Assembly (NCBI RefSeq): GCF_022045235.1
Contig: NW_027266265.1
Span: forward strand, 36,766,001-36,830,000
Direction: 5' to 3'
Origin: Haliotis cracherodii
Taxonomy: Eukaryota
DNA: 64,000 nucleotides
The notes under the pieces were generated by a model, which was not told where the DNA came from, made no database searches, and was given only the letters and a program-made list of their open reading frames with translations. The position numbers and the translations under genes were made by a program. Below are positions 10,646 to 26,328 of the stretch, in pieces (position 1 is the first letter of the stretch; each line of letters begins with the position of its first letter).

Positions 10646-12593
10646 GTTATTATCACCTGCAGTGTGATGCTGGCTATTTATGTATTTTCTCAAACCAATG
10701 GAATTGGTTCAATAAAATCTTGTCATATTTATTTACGCCTTGAAATTTGTTTGAAAATCTTAATCTGAATTGAATGTTCACAATGGAAGAGTGATCTATG
10801 TTTCTCCATATTGTAAACTGTGGACATAGTACGTGTTGTCGACCAATATCCAAGCACACTTCAATGATATTGCGTTTTACTGCTAGCTGAGATATCAACT
10901 ACTGAAATGTGCTATTAAGTTCCTGAGGAAACCGGACATGATGATAAGAGGAGGGATTTTATGCTTGATATATCTCCCACAAAATGTCACTTACCCGAGT
11001 TCATGTTTCACGGAATATATCATTTGGGCTGCCAGAAAAGGGTTTGATAGCCATTTAAGTACCATAATATCTTGAATTGGCTGTCTGTATTTCAATTTGC
11101 ATTTTAAAAATATGCAGCGAAACAAATAAGCAGGCGTGTCAATTTTTGTCAAAGCAGTCATTGACGATATCAAGGGGTAGACAGTGTGCACTGTATTGAA
11201 ATGCAAATGTGTGCGCTGTCCTTGAAAATGAGCGATAGTTGTATTCAGAATACAATCTACATGTTGTTATGGCTCTTTGTATAAGTAATATCTGAGCTGC
11301 TGCAATAAAACAAACCCGAAAGCCATAGTGATGTAGAGCATCAAAACAAATGTTGCAAGATTCTTACTGCTTGGTTAGAAGGGAATGCAAACAGTTGGAA
11401 TTTCCATGACAATAACATATCTTTACAGTTTATCAATTACACAAACAAAACGATTGAATTCAAAAGTAACTATTAAATACGCTTGTCCGGGTATAGCTTA
11501 TCAACCTACGAATTATTTGTAATTTCCATCAAACATGTACTTCTTCATTTGATGATGCAATTTAACATTTTGCATACTGCTTATGTAATTAATAGGAGAA
11601 GTATCTATATAGATATTTAGTTGTGTGTTTACTAACCACCTTCCCTGTAGGTGCTATTTGAAAAATACATATTGATTAAATCAGACCGCGAATTTGAAGA
11701 TTCCGAACTGGATTGGTAGGATTGAAGATTACAATGAACAAACAAATAGCTAATATATCCCTATTGTTTGACTACAAAGCAAAAGTGACAATCATTTATC
11801 AATACAAAGGAGATTGCATTTGGTAACTGTAGAGAGTGAAATTCAGCGGAATAAATAGTCCAACTTTAAAGCGTGTCATAAGTCTTTATAACAACAACCA
11901 GACTGTAAAAACAAGTCGTTTGATCATGTCTATCTTTGAAAACACCTTTGTGTTATACTTTAAGAGCATTTTCTTCTGAAAACACACGTCTTTACTTTTA
12001 GATGTACGGTTTTTCTGGGCAACCCTTATATAGTTACACATTGTCAAACTGATTTGCGCATGTTTTATTCTTGGTAAGAGTTTTGGTCTAAACACACCTT
12101 AAAAGAACACAATAATCACTATCACTACTGCTTCATCATGTCAAGGGCATACGTAAATGGTAGAGACGATTTATATACTTTCTTCTAATGTTTACGACCT
12201 AATACATTTTAGCACAATCTTGCCTTTTACACCCAATGAAATCTGTTTCAGCAGATAATCGAGCCTGAATATTCTCTGGCGTTGACGATTTATGTAGTTA
12301 AAGAGTCATCACTGAATGATTATTATATCAATATTCAGGCGTTATCTATAGAAATTGAGATATCAATTTTAGTGATGCTCGTATTATCACAACTTCCTTG
12401 ATAATGAAGTGTACAATTATCAAGATAATATGTTGAAGATAAGAGAGTTTTCTCAAGAAACGCAGTTGCAAATAAACGCCACAAAACCCTTTTCAGAATC
12501 ATTCGAAAGCTGTGCTCGAAGCAGCAGAGGCCATTGTACGATTCCGACTATAATGATCACAAGCATGTGCGTATGAATGACTATCAGATAGTG

Positions 12594-12854
12594 GAGTAGA
12601 ATAGGTCTTCAGCAACCCATGCTTGCCGTAAAAGGTGGATATATATGCTTGTCGTAAAAGGCGTCTAACGGGATCGGGTGGTCAGGCTCGCTGACTTGAT
12701 TGATGCATGTCATCGATCCCAATTGCGTGGATCGATGCTAATGATTTTAATCACTGGATTGTCTGGTCCAGACTCGATTATTTACAGACCGCCGTCATAT
12801 AGCTGGAATATTGTTGAGTGCGGCGTTAAACAACCAACCAACCAACTAACCAAC
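12594..12854 (+). mobile_element. SINE family B, unit 4
   Basis: Array copy of 564..824. Confidence 0.78.
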
Positions 12855-13460
12855 CAGATAGTGATGATACCTGGCGGTTGCCAAAAAGTAAGCGTATCCT
12901 TCCTCATCGGTTCCACCGTCACAAACACATATAAAGACAAGTCAACAAAGACCACAAAACAAGCTGTTGTTCATATGTCAATCATGTTTTCAGAAGACAT
13001 TGGTGTACTTTCGGCTTTTAACAGATACTACACGCATAAAAAGATGTTGTGAGTTTTCATAGTGACAGTCCCTTTGTGAGAAGAAACCAATATATGTCCC
13101 TTTCAGTTAGGAAATAAAGCTGTTGTAGTTTATAGTTAATGTGCAGTAAGATAAATAAAATTCGGGGAGAATAATGTAGTATCTGGGGACTTCTGCAGTA
13201 TATTCAGCAGAGGCTATTTTCTTGTGAGCAGGCTGCTGTATTACACGGAAACGGTTAGCATAGTTGACCCCGTGTGGTACAGTGCTACTGCTGTACTGTG
13301 GCGAGGCTGTACTGGTGTGTTGCGTCAGTTTTCTGGTCTCTTGTTATGTCGTATCACACAGATGCATTATAATGTCTGATGTATGTTGCTCCCACATCAT
13401 ATATTTACTGGATACACACTTTTCAGACCGTTATCGAATATTTACTTAATAAAGGTTAAA

Positions 13461-13626
13461 GTGAGTGAGTGAGTATGGTTTTACGCCGCTTTTAGCAATA
13501 TTCCAGCAATATTACGTCGGGGGACATCAGCAATGGGCTTCACACATTGTACCCATGTCGGAAATCGAACCCGTGTCTTCGGCGTAACGAGCGAACGCTT
13601 TAACCACTAGGCTACCCGACCGCCCC
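13461..13626 (-). mobile_element. SINE family A, unit 4
   Basis: Array copy of 1431..1596. Confidence 0.85.
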
Positions 13627-14279
13627 TAAATGATATAGGTTAAACGTTGAGTATCGAGGACTGTTTGAAATGCAGTTAGACGATTCCAGAGAGAGTGTCT
13701 CTGTTTGCCACCTTTATATACGTTGTCTTGTACTTCCTTAATCGATGTTCATGAATACCAGCTCGCATGTGTACCCGTAGGGTGATAACCTCGGGCCCTT
13801 TGATGCGAAAAGAATGCTTACTTTACACCATTAAGCTGAGGTGCGTTACTTACCTGGAAGTGGCCAGCCCAAGGTAAATCAATCACGTATAATTCACAAA
13901 TGGTATATATAAAGGACGGGGGAAACTGTTCCATCATCTCTTATCTTCACCTTCCGTTGAGACACAGATACGAGTAAAGACCAAACTGCAAGTACTATTT
14001 TAAGCTTTGCTTGTGATATATATGTATACTTTTAATTTTTGATTCATCTGCTGCGCATCTGGCTGTTTTTAACCTTCATGTTGAGCCAATTTATAAAAGT
14101 ACGAATATGTAACATAAAACGTTCTTGTAAATTGGGAAATATATGAATGCGGGTGAAATTAAAACTGATAACATAATTCACAATGAGTGGTGTGAACTGA
14201 ATTTACCAGATGAGTAACGATAACATGCTATTTTACCTTTCTTGACAATGATTTTCACGTTACTCAATAGATACTCAAA

Positions 14280-14887
14280 ATGATGAAGATAGTCGCCGCT
14301 CTTGTTGCCTGCCTGGCTGTTACCGCCTTTGCCGAGCCTACCGGTCTGTATGGTGGAATTGGCGGGTTGAAAGGAGGACTGGGCGGAATTGGCTACGGAA
14401 TGGGTGGATTGTACGGAGGCCTTGGAGGTCTTGGAGGCTATGGAGGTCTGTACGGAGGCATGGGAGGTCTATACGGAGGCATGGGAGGTCTATACGGAGG
14501 CATGGGAGGTCTATACGGAGGCAAATACGGATACGGCATGGGAGGTCTGTACGGAGGACTTGGAGGCTATGGTGGTCTCTACGGAATGGGAGGATACGGA
14601 ATTGGATTGGGAAAAGGTATTTCACAAAATATGATATCGTTTGTTTATCGTATCCGTAAATATACCTCCAGTCTCGTTTGCAAAATTGTATAATTTACCT
14701 ATGTGGTATTACTATTTTCCGCGACAAAGCTGATGACATTTACAAAACATCTTTAAAACTATTCTCTGCTTTCTCTAATATTTGGTATAATTTATCATGC
14801 AGCTAGTTTCAAGACTTCGTTGTGACTTATCCATACATCCCAACTTTATTCTACTATTTTTTTGTTTCAGGTATCGGCTATTATTGA
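14280..14887 (+). CDS. Gly/Tyr-rich secreted protein copy 4, 117 aa; join(14280..14616,14871..14887)
   Basis: Same protein and splice sites as copy 1. Confidence 0.88.
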
Positions 14888-16835
14888 GTTATTATCACCT
14901 GCAGTGTGATGCTGGCTATTTATGTATTTTCTCAAACCAATGGAATTGGTTCAATAAAATCTTGTCATATTTATTTACGCCTTGAAATTTGTTTGAAAAT
15001 CTTAATCTGAATTGAATGTTCACAATGGAAGAGTGATCTATGTTTCTCCATATTGTAAACTGTGGACATAGTACGTGTTGTCGACCAATATCCAAGCACA
15101 CTTCAATGATATTGCGTTTTACTGCTAGCTGAGATATCAACTACTGAAATGTGCTATTAAGTTCCTGAGGAAACCGGACATGATGATAAGAGGAGGGATT
15201 TTATGCTTGATATATCTCCCACAAAATGTCACTTACCCGAGTTCATGTTTCACGGAATATATCATTTGGGCTGCCAGAAAAGGGTTTGATAGCCATTTAA
15301 GTACCATAATATCTTGAATTGGCTGTCTGTATTTCAATTTGCATTTTAAAAATATGCAGCGAAACAAATAAGCAGGCGTGTCAATTTTTGTCAAAGCAGT
15401 CATTGACGATATCAAGGGGTAGACAGTGTGCACTGTATTGAAATGCAAATGTGTGCGCTGTCCTTGAAAATGAGCGATAGTTGTATTCAGAATACAATCT
15501 ACATGTTGTTATGGCTCTTTGTATAAGTAATATCTGAGCTGCTGCAATAAAACAAACCCGAAAGCCATAGTGATGTAGAGCATCAAAACAAATGTTGCAA
15601 GATTCTTACTGCTTGGTTAGAAGGGAATGCAAACAGTTGGAATTTCCATGACAATAACATATCTTTACAGTTTATCAATTACACAAACAAAACGATTGAA
15701 TTCAAAAGTAACTATTAAATACGCTTGTCCGGGTATAGCTTATCAACCTACGAATTATTTGTAATTTCCATCAAACATGTACTTCTTCATTTGATGATGC
15801 AATTTAACATTTTGCATACTGCTTATGTAATTAATAGGAGAAGTATCTATATAGATATTTAGTTGTGTGTTTACTAACCACCTTCCCTGTAGGTGCTATT
15901 TGAAAAATACATATTGATTAAATCAGACCGCGAATTTGAAGATTCCGAACTGGATTGGTAGGATTGAAGATTACAATGAACAAACAAATAGCTAATATAT
16001 CCCTATTGTTTGACTACAAAGCAAAAGTGACAATCATTTATCAATACAAAGGAGATTGCATTTGGTAACTGTAGAGAGTGAAATTCAGCGGAATAAATAG
16101 TCCAACTTTAAAGCGTGTCATAAGTCTTTATAACAACAACCAGACTGTAAAAACAAGTCGTTTGATCATGTCTATCTTTGAAAACACCTTTGTGTTATAC
16201 TTTAAGAGCATTTTCTTCTGAAAACACACGTCTTTACTTTTAGATGTACGGTTTTTCTGGGCAACCCTTATATAGTTACACATTGTCAAACTGATTTGCG
16301 CATGTTTTATTCTTGGTAAGAGTTTTGGTCTAAACACGCCTTAAAAGAACACAATAATCACTATCACTACTGCTTCATCATGTCAAGGGCATACGTAAAT
16401 GGTAGAGACGATTTATATACTTTCTTCTAATGTTTACGACCTAATACATTTTAGCACAATCTTGCCTTTTACACCCAATGAAATCTGTTTCAGCAGATAA
16501 TCGAGCCTGAATATTCTCTGGCGTTGACGATTTATGTAGTTAAAGGGTCATCACTGAATGATTATTATATCAATATTCAGGCGTTATCTATAGAAATTGA
16601 GATATCAAATTTAGTGATGCTCGTATTATCACAAATTCCTTGATAATGAAGCGTACAATTATCAAGATAATATGTTGAAGATAAGAGAGTTTTCTCAAGA
16701 AACGCAGTTGCAAATAAACGCCACAAAACCCTTTTCAGAATCATTCGAAAGCTGTGCTCGAAGCAGCAGAGGCCATTGTACGATTCCGACTATAATGATC
16801 ACAAGCATGTGCGTATGAATGACTATCAGATAGTG

Positions 16836-17096
16836 GAGTAGAATAGGTCTTCAGCAACCCATGCTTGCCGTAAAAGGTGGATATATATGCTTGTCGTAAA
16901 AGGCGTCTAACGGGATCGGGTGGTCAGGCTCGCTGACTTGATTGATGCATGTCATCGATCCCAATTGCGTGGATCGATGCTAATGATTTTAATCACTGGA
17001 TTGTCTGGTCCAGACTCGATTATTTACAGACCGCCGTCATATAGCTGGAATATTGTTGAGTGCGGCGTTAAACAACCAACCAACCAACTAACCAAC
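16836..17096 (+). mobile_element. SINE family B, unit 5
   Basis: Array copy of 564..824. Confidence 0.78.
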
Positions 17097-17702
17097 CAGA
17101 TAGTGATGATACCTGGCGGTTGCCAAAAAGTAAGCGTATCCTTCCTCATCGGTTCCACCGTCACAAACACATATAAAGACAAGTCAACAAAGACCACAAA
17201 ACAAGCTGTTGTTCATATGTCAATCATGTTTTCAGAAGACATTGGTGTACTTTCGGCTTTTAACAGATACTACACGCATAAAAAGATGTTGTGAGTTTTC
17301 ATAGTGACAGTCCCTTTGTGAGAAGAAACCAATATATGTCCCTTTCAGTTAGGAAATAAAGCTGTTGTAGTTTATAGTTAATGTGCAGTAAGATAAATAA
17401 AATTCGGGGAGAATAATGTAGTATCTGGGGACTTCTGCAGTATATTCAGCAGAGGCTATTTTCTTGTGAGCAGGCTGCTGTATTACACGGAAACGGTTAG
17501 CATAGTTGACCCCGTGTGGTACAGTGCTACTGCTGTACTGTGGCGAGGCTGTACTGGTGTGTTGCGTCAGTTTTCTGGTCTCTTGTTATGTCGTATCACA
17601 CAGATGCATTATAATGTCTGATGTATGTTGCTCCCACATCATATATTTACTGGATACACACTTTTCAGACCGTTATCGAATATTTACTTAATAAAGGTTA
17701 AA

Positions 17703-17868
17703 GTGAGTGAGTGAGTATGGTTTTACGCCGCTTTTAGCAATATTCCAGCAATATTACGTCGGGGGACATCAGCAATGGGCTTCACACATTGTACCCATGT
17801 CGGAAATCGAACCCGTGTCTTCGGCGTAACGAGCGAACGCTTTAACCACTAGGCTACCCGACCGCCCC
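17703..17868 (-). mobile_element. SINE family A, unit 5
   Basis: Array copy of 1431..1596. Confidence 0.85.
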
Positions 17869-18521
17869 TAAATGATATAGGTTAAACGTTGAGTATCGAG
17901 GACTGTTTGAAATGCAGTTAGACGATTCCAGAGAGAGTGTCTCTGTTTGTCACCTTTATATACGTTGTCTTGTACTTCCTTAATCGATGTTCATGAATAC
18001 CAGCTCGCATGTGTACCCGTAGGGTGATAACCTCGGGCCCTTTGATGCGAAAAGAATGCTTACTTTACACCATTAAGCTGAGGTGCGTTACTTACCTGGA
18101 AGTGGCCAGCCCAAGGTAAATCAATCACGTATAATTCACAAATGGTATATATAAAGGACGGGGGAAACTGTTCCATCATCTCTTATCTTCACCTTCCGTT
18201 GAGACACAGATACGAGTAAAGACCAAACTGCAAGTACTATTTTAAGCTTTGCTTGTGATATATATGTATACTTTTAATTTTTGATTCATCTGCTGCGCAT
18301 CTGGCTGCTTTTAACCTTCATGTTGAGCCAATTTATAAAAGTACGAATATGTAACATAAAACGTTCTTGTAAATTGGGAAATATATGAATGCGGGTGAAA
18401 TTAAAACTGATAACATAATTCACAATGAGTGGTGTGAACTGAATTTACCAGATGAGTAACGATAACATGCTATTTTACCTTTCTTGACAATGATTTTCAC
18501 GTTACTCAATAGATACTCAAA

Positions 18522-19130
18522 ATGATGAAGATAGTCGCCGCTCTTGTTGCCTGCCTGGCTGTTACCGCCTTTGCCGAGCCTACCGGTCTGTATGGTGGAA
18601 TTGGCGGGTTGAAAGGAGGACTGGGCGGAATTGGCTACGGAATGGGTGGATTGTACGGAGGCCTTGGAGGTCTTGGAGGCTATGGAGGTCTGTACGGAGG
18701 CATGGGAGGTCTATACGGAGGCATGGGAGGTCTATACGGAGGCATGGGAGGTCTATACGGAGGCAAATACGGATACGGCATGGGAGGTCTGTACGGAGGA
18801 CTTGGAGGCTATGGTGGTCTCTACGGAATGGGAGGATACGGAATTGGATTGGGAAAAGGTATTTCACAAAATATGATATCGTTTGTTTATCGTATCCGTA
18901 AATATACCTCCAGTCTCGTTTGCAAAATTGTATAATTTACCTATGTGGTATTACTATTTTCCGCGACAAAGCTGATGACATTTACAAAACATCTTTAAAA
19001 CTATTCTCTGCTTTCTCTAATATTTGGTATAATTTATCATGCAGCTAGTTTCAAGACTTCGTTGTGACTTATCCATACATCCCAACTTTATTCTACTATT
19101 TTTTTTGTTTCAGGTATCGGCTATTATTGA
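18522..19130 (+). CDS. Gly/Tyr-rich secreted protein copy 5, 117 aa; join(18522..18858,19114..19130)
   Basis: As copy 1, with one extra T in the intron-2 pyrimidine tract. Confidence 0.88.
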
Positions 19131-21078
19131 GTTATTATCACCTGCAGTGTGATGCTGGCTATTTATGTATTTTCTCAAACCAATGGAATTGGTTCAATAA
19201 AATCTTGTCATATTTATTTACGCCTTGAAATTTGTTTGAAAATCTTAATCTGAATTGAATGTTCACAATGGAAGAGTGATCTATGTTTCTCCATATTGTA
19301 AACTGTGGACATAGTACGTGTTGTCGACCAATATCCAAGCACACTTCAATGATATTGCGTTTTACTGCTAGCTGAGATATCAACTACTGAAATGTGCTAT
19401 TAAGTTCCTGAGGAAACCGGACATGATGATAAGAGGAGGGATTTTATGCTTGATATATCTCCCACAAAATGTCACTTACCCGAGTTCATGTTTCACGGAA
19501 TATATCATTTGGGCTGCCAGAAAAGGGTTTGATAGCCATTTAAGTACCATAATATCTTGAATTGGCTGTCTGTATTTCAATTTGCATTTTAAAAATATGC
19601 AGCGAAACAAATAAGCAGGCGTGTCAATTTTTGTCAAAGCAGTCATTGACGATATCAAGGGGTAGACAGTGTGCACTGTATTGAAATGCAAATGTGTGCG
19701 CTGTCCTTGAAAATGAGCGATAGTTGTATTCAGAATACAATCTACATGTTGTTATGGCTCTTTGTATAAGTAATATCTGAGCTGCTGCAATAAAACAAAC
19801 CCGAAAGCCATAGTGATGTAGAGCATCAAAACAAATGTTGCAAGATTCTTACTGCTTGGTTAGAAGGGAATGCAAACAGTTGGAATTTCCATGACAATAA
19901 CATATCTTTACAGTTTATCAATTACACAAACAAAACGATTGAATTCAAAAGTAACTATTAAATACGCTTGTCCGGGTATAGCTTATCAACCTACGAATTA
20001 TTTGTAATTTCCATCAAACATGTACTTCTTCATTTGATGATGCAATTTAACATTTTGCATACTGCTTATGTAATTAATAGGAGAAGTATCTATATAGATA
20101 TTTAGTTGTGTGTTTACTAACCACCTTCCCTGTAGGTGCTATTTGAAAAATACATATTGATTAAATCAGACCGCGAATTTGAAGATTCCGAACTGGATTG
20201 GTAGGATTGAAGATTACAATGAACAAACAAATAGCTAATATATCCCTATTGTTTGACTACAAAGCAAAAGTGACAATCATTTATCAATACAAAGGAGATT
20301 GCATTTGGTAACTGTAGAGAGTGAAATTCAGCGGAATAAATAGTCCAACTTTAAAGCGTGTCATAAGTCTTTATAACAACAACCAGACTGTAAAAACAAG
20401 TCGTTTGATCATGTCTATCTTTGAAAACACCTTTGTGTTATACTTTAAGAGCATTTTCTTCTGAAAACACACGTCTTTACTTTTAGATGTACGGTTTTTC
20501 TGGGCAACCCTTATATAGTTACACATTGTCAAACTGATTTGCGCATGTTTTATTCTTGGTAAGAGTTTTGGTCTAAACACGCCTTAAAAGAACACAATAA
20601 TCACTATCACTACTGCTTCATCATGTCAAGGGCATACGTAAATGGTAGAGACGATTTATATACTTTCTTCTAATGTTTACGACCTAATACATTTTAGCAC
20701 AATCTTGCCTTTTACACCCAATGAAATCTGTTTCAGCAGATACTCGAGCCTGAATATTCTCTGGCGTTGACGATTTATGTAGTTAAAGGGTCATCACTGA
20801 ATGATTATTATATCAATATTCAGGCGTTATCTATAGAAATTGAGATATCAATTTTAGTGATGCTCGTATTATCACAAATTCCTTGATAATGAAGTGTACA
20901 ATTATCAAGATAATATGTTGAAGATAAGAGAGTTTTCTCAAGAAACGCAGTTGCAAATAAACGCCACAAAACCCTTTTCAGAATCATTCGAAAGCTGTGC
21001 TCGAAGCAGCAGAGGCCATTGTACGATTCCGACTATAATGATCACAAGCATGTGCGTATGAATGACTATCAGATAGTG

Positions 21079-21339
21079 GAGTAGAATAGGTCTTCAGCAA
21101 CCCATGCTTGCCGTAAAAGGTGGATATATATGCTTGTCGTAAAAGGCGTCTAACGGGATCGGGTGGTCAGGCTCGCTGACTTGATTGATGCATGTCATCG
21201 ATCCCAATTGCGTGGATCGATGCTAATGATTTTAATCACTGGGTTGTCTGGTCCAGACTCGATTATTTACAGACCGCCGTCATATAGCTGGAATATTGTT
21301 GAGTGCGGCGTTAAACAACCAACCAACCAACTAACCAAC
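21079..21339 (+). mobile_element. SINE family B, unit 6
   Basis: Array copy of 564..824. Confidence 0.78.
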
Positions 21340-21945
21340 CAGATAGTGATGATACCTGGCGGTTGCCAAAAAGTAAGCGTATCCTTCCTCATCGGTTCCA
21401 CCGTCACAAACACATATAAAGACAAGTCAACAAAGACCACAAAACAAGCTGTTGTTCATATGTCAATCATGTTTTCAGAAGACATTGGTGTACTTTCGGC
21501 TTTTAACAGATACTACACGCATAAAAAGATGTTGTGAGTTTTCATAGTGACAGTCCCTTTGTGAGAAGAAACCAATATATGTCCCTTTCAGTTAGGAAAT
21601 AAAGCTGTTGTAGTTTATAGTTAATGTGCAGTAAGATAAATAAAATTCGGGGAGAATAATGTAGTATCTGGGGACTTCTGCAGTATATTCAGCAGAGGCT
21701 ATTTTCTTGTGAGCAGGCTGCTGTATTACACGGAAACGGTTAGCATAGTTGACCCCGTGTGGTACAGTGCTACTGCTGTACTGTGGCGAGGCTGTACTGG
21801 TGTGTTGCGTCAGTTTTCTGGTCTCTTGTTATGTCGTATCACACAGATGCATTATAATGTCTGATGTATGTTGCTCCCACATCATATATTTACTGGATAC
21901 ACACTTTTCAGACCGTTATCGAATATTTACTTAATAAAGGTTAAA

Positions 21946-22111
21946 GTGAGTGAGTGAGTATGGTTTTACGCCGCTTTTAGCAATATTCCAGCAATATTAC
22001 GTCGGGGGACATCAGCAATGGGCTTCACACATTGTACCCATGTCGGAAATCGAACCCGTGTCTTCGGCGTAACGAGCGAACGCTTTAACCACTAGGCTAC
22101 CCGACCGCCCC
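21946..22111 (-). mobile_element. SINE family A, unit 6
   Basis: Array copy of 1431..1596. Confidence 0.85.
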
Positions 22112-22764
22112 TAAATGATATAGGTTAAACGTTGAGTATCGAGGACTGTTTGAAATGCAGTTAGACGATTCCAGAGAGAGTGTCTCTGTTTGCCACCTTT
22201 ATATACGTTGTCTTGTACTTCCTTAATCGATGTTCATGAATACCAGCTCGCATGTGTACCCGTAGGGTGATAACCTCGGGCCCTTTGATGCGAAAAGAAT
22301 GCTTACTTTACACCATTAAGCTGAGGTGCGTTACTTACCTGGAAGTGGCCAGCCCAAGGTAAATCAATCACGTATAATTCACAAATGGTATATATAAAGG
22401 ACGGGGGAAACTGTTCCATCATCTCTTATCTTCACCTTCCGTTGAGACACAGATACGAGTAAAGACCAAACTGCAAGTACTATTTTAAGCTTTGCTTGTG
22501 ATATATATGTATACTTTTAATTTTTGATTCATCTGCTGCGCATCTGGCTGTTTTTAACCTTCATGTTGAGCCAATTTATAAAAGTACGAATATGTAACAT
22601 AAAACGTTCTTGTAAATTGGGAAATATATGAATGCGGGTGAAATTAAAACTGATAACATAATTCACAATGAGTGGTGTGAACTGAATTTACCAGATGAGT
22701 AACGATAACATGCTATTTTACCTTTCTTGACAATGATTTTCACGTTACTCAATAGATACTCAAA

Positions 22765-23351
22765 ATGATGAAGATAGTCGCCGCTCTTGTTGCCTGCCTG
22801 GCTGTTACCGCCTTTGCCGAGCCTACCGGTCTGTATGGTGGAATTGGCGGGTTGAAAGGAGGACTGGGCGGAATTGGCTACGGAATGGGTGGATTGTACG
22901 GAGGCCTTGGAGGTCTTGGAGGCTATGGAGGTCTGTACGGAGGCATGGGAGGTCTATACGGAGGCATGGGAGGTCTATACGGAGGCAAATACGGATACGG
23001 CATGGGAGGTCTGTACGGAGGACTTGGAGGCTATGGTGGTCTCTACGGAATGGGAGGATACGGAATTGGATTGGGAAAAGGTATTTCACAAAATATGATA
23101 TCGTTTGTTTATCGTATCCGTAAATATACCTCCAGTCTCGTTTGCAAAATTGTATAATTTACCTATGTGGTATTACTATTTTCCGCGACAAAGCTGATGA
23201 CATTTACAAAACATCTTTAAAACTATTCTCTGCTTTCTCTAATATTTGGTATAATTTATCATGCAGCTAGTTTCAAGACTTCGTTGTGACTTATCCATAC
23301 ATCCCAACTTTATTCTACTATTTTTTTGTTTCAGGTATCGGCTATTATTGA
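22765..23351 (+). CDS. Gly/Tyr-rich secreted protein copy 6, 110 aa; join(22765..23080,23335..23351)
   Basis: As copy 3. Confidence 0.88.
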
Positions 23352-25295
23352 GTTATTATCACCTGCAGTGTGATGCTGGCTATTTATGTATTTTCTCAAA
23401 CCAATGGAATTGGTTCAATAAAATCTTGTCATATTTATTTACGCCTTGAAATTTGTTTGAAAATCTTAATCTGAATTGAATGTTCACAATGGAAGAGTGA
23501 TCTATGTTTCTCCATATTGTAAACTGTGGACATAGTACGTGTTGTCGACCAATATCCAAGCACACTTCAATGATATTGCGTTTTACTGCTAGCTGAGATA
23601 TCAACTACTGAAATGTGCTATTAAGTTCCTGAGGAAACCGGACATGATGATAAGAGGAGGGATTTTATGCTTGATATATCTCCCACAAAATGTCACTTAC
23701 CCGAGTTCATGTTTCACGGAATATATCATTTGGGCTGCCAGAAAAGGGTTTGATAGCCATTTAAGTACCATAATATCTTGAATTGGCTGTCTGTATTTCA
23801 ATTTGCATTTTAAAAATATGCAGCGAAACAAATAAGCAGGCGTGTCAATTTTTGTCAAAGCAGTCATTGACGATATCAAGGGGTAGACAGTGTGCACTGT
23901 ATTGAAATGCAAATGTGTGCGCTGTCCTTGAAAATGAGCGATAGTTGTATTCAGAATACAATCTACATGTTGTTATGGCTCTTTGTATAAGTAATATCTG
24001 AGCTGCTGCAATAAAACAAACCCGAAAGCCATAGTGATGTAGAGCATCAAAACAAATGTTGCAAGATTCTTACTGCTTGGTTAGAAGGGAATGCAAACAG
24101 TTGGAATTTCCATGACAATAACATATCTTTACAGTTTATCAATTACACAAACAAAACGATTGAATTCAAAAGTAACTATTAAATACGCTTGTCCGGGTAT
24201 AGCTTATCAACCTAAAAATTATTTGTAATTTCCATCAAACATGTACTTCTTGATTTGATGATGCAATTTAACATTTTGCATACTGCTTATGTAATTAATA
24301 GGAGAAGTATCTAAATAGATATTTAGTTGTGTGTTTACTAACCACCTTCCCTGTAGGTGCTATTTGAAAAATACATATTGATTAAATCAGACCGCGAATT
24401 TGAAGATTCCGAACTGGATTGGTAGGATTGAAGATTACAATGAACAAATAGCTAATATATCCCTATTGTTTGACTACAAAGCAAAAGTGACAATCATTTA
24501 TCAATACAAAGGAGATTGCATTTGGTAACTGTAGAGAGTGAAATTCAGCGGAATAAATAGTCCAACTTTAAAGCGTGTCATAAGTCTTTATAACAACAAC
24601 CAGACTGTAAAAACAAGTCGTTTGATCATGTCTATCTTTGAAAACACCTTTGTGTTATACTTTAAGAGCATTTTCTTCTGAAAACACACGTCTTTACTTT
24701 TAGATGTACGGTTTTTCTGGGCAACCCTTATATAGTTACACATTGTCAAACTGATTTGCGCGTGTTTTATTCTTGGTAAGAGTTTTGGTCTAAACACGCC
24801 TTAAAAGAACACAATAATCACTATCACTACTGCTTCATCATGTCAAGGGCATACGTAAAAGGTAGAGACGATTTATATACTTTCTTCTAATGTTTACGAC
24901 CTAATACATTTTAGCACAATCTTGCCTTTTACACCCAATGAAATCTGTTTCAGCAGATAATCGAGCCTGAATATTCTCTGGCGTTGACGATTTATGTAGT
25001 TAAAGGGTCATCACTGAATGATTATTACATCAATATTCAGGCGTTATCTATAGAAATTGAGATATCAAATTTAGTGATGCTCGTATTATCACAAATTCCT
25101 TGATAATGAAGTGTACAATTATCAAGATAATATGTTGAAGATAAGAGAGTTTTCTCAAGAAACGCAGTTGCAAATAAACGCCACAAAACCCTTTTCAGAA
25201 TCATTCGAAAGCTGTGCTCGAAGCAGCAGAGGCCATTGTACGATTCCGACTATAATGATCACAAGCATGTGCGTATGAATGACTATCAGATAGTG

Positions 25296-25556
25296 GAGTA
25301 GAATAGGTCTTCAGCAACCCATGCTTGCCGTAAAAGGTGGATATATATGCTTGTCGTAAAAGGCGTCTAACGGGATCGGGTGGTCAGGCTCGCTGACTTG
25401 ATTGATGCATGTCATCGATCCCAATTGCGTGGATCGATGCTAATGATTTTAATCACTGGATTGTCTGGTCCAGACTCGATTATTTACAGACCGCCGTCAT
25501 ATAGCTGGAATATTGTTGAGTGCGGCGTTAAACAACCAACCAACCAACTAACCAAC
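25296..25556 (+). mobile_element. SINE family B, unit 7
   Basis: Array copy of 564..824. Confidence 0.78.
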
Positions 25557-26162
25557 CAGATAGTGATGATACCTGGCGGTTGCCAAAAAGTAAGCGTATC
25601 CTTCCTCATCGGTTCCACCGTCACAAACACATATAAAGACAAGTCAACAAAGACCACAAAACAAGCTGTTGTTCATATGTCAATCATGTTTTCAGAAGAC
25701 ATTGGTGTACTTTCGGCTTTTAACAGATACTACACGCATAAAAAGATGTTGTGAGTTTTCATAGTGACAGTCCCTTTGTGAGAAGAAACCAATATATGTC
25801 CCTTTCAGTTAGGAAATAAAGCTGTTGTAGTTTATAGTTAATGTGCAGTAAGATAAATAAAATTCGGGGAGAATAATGTAGTATCTGGGGACTTCTGCAG
25901 TATATTCAGCAGAGGCTATTTTCTTGTGAGCAGGCTGCTGTATTACACGGAAACGGTTAGCATAGTTGACCCCGTGTGGTACAGTGCTACTGCTGTACTG
26001 TGGCGAGGCTGTACTGGTGTGTTGCGTCAGTTTTCTGGTCTCTTGTTATGTCGTATCACACAGATGCATTATAATGTCTGATGTATGTTGCTCCCACATC
26101 ATATATTTACTGGATACACACTTTTCAGACCGTTATCGAATATTTACTTAATAAAGGTTAAA

Positions 26163-26328
26163 GTGAGTGAGTGAGTATGGTTTTACGCCGCTTTTAGCAA
26201 TATTCCAGCAATATTACGTCGGGGGACATCAGCAATGGGCTTCACACATTGTACCCATGTCGGAAATCGAACCCGTGTCTTCGGCGTAACGAGCGAACGC
26301 TTTAACCACTAGGCTACCCGACCGCCCC
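26163..26328 (-). mobile_element. SINE family A, unit 7
   Basis: Array copy of 1431..1596. Confidence 0.85.
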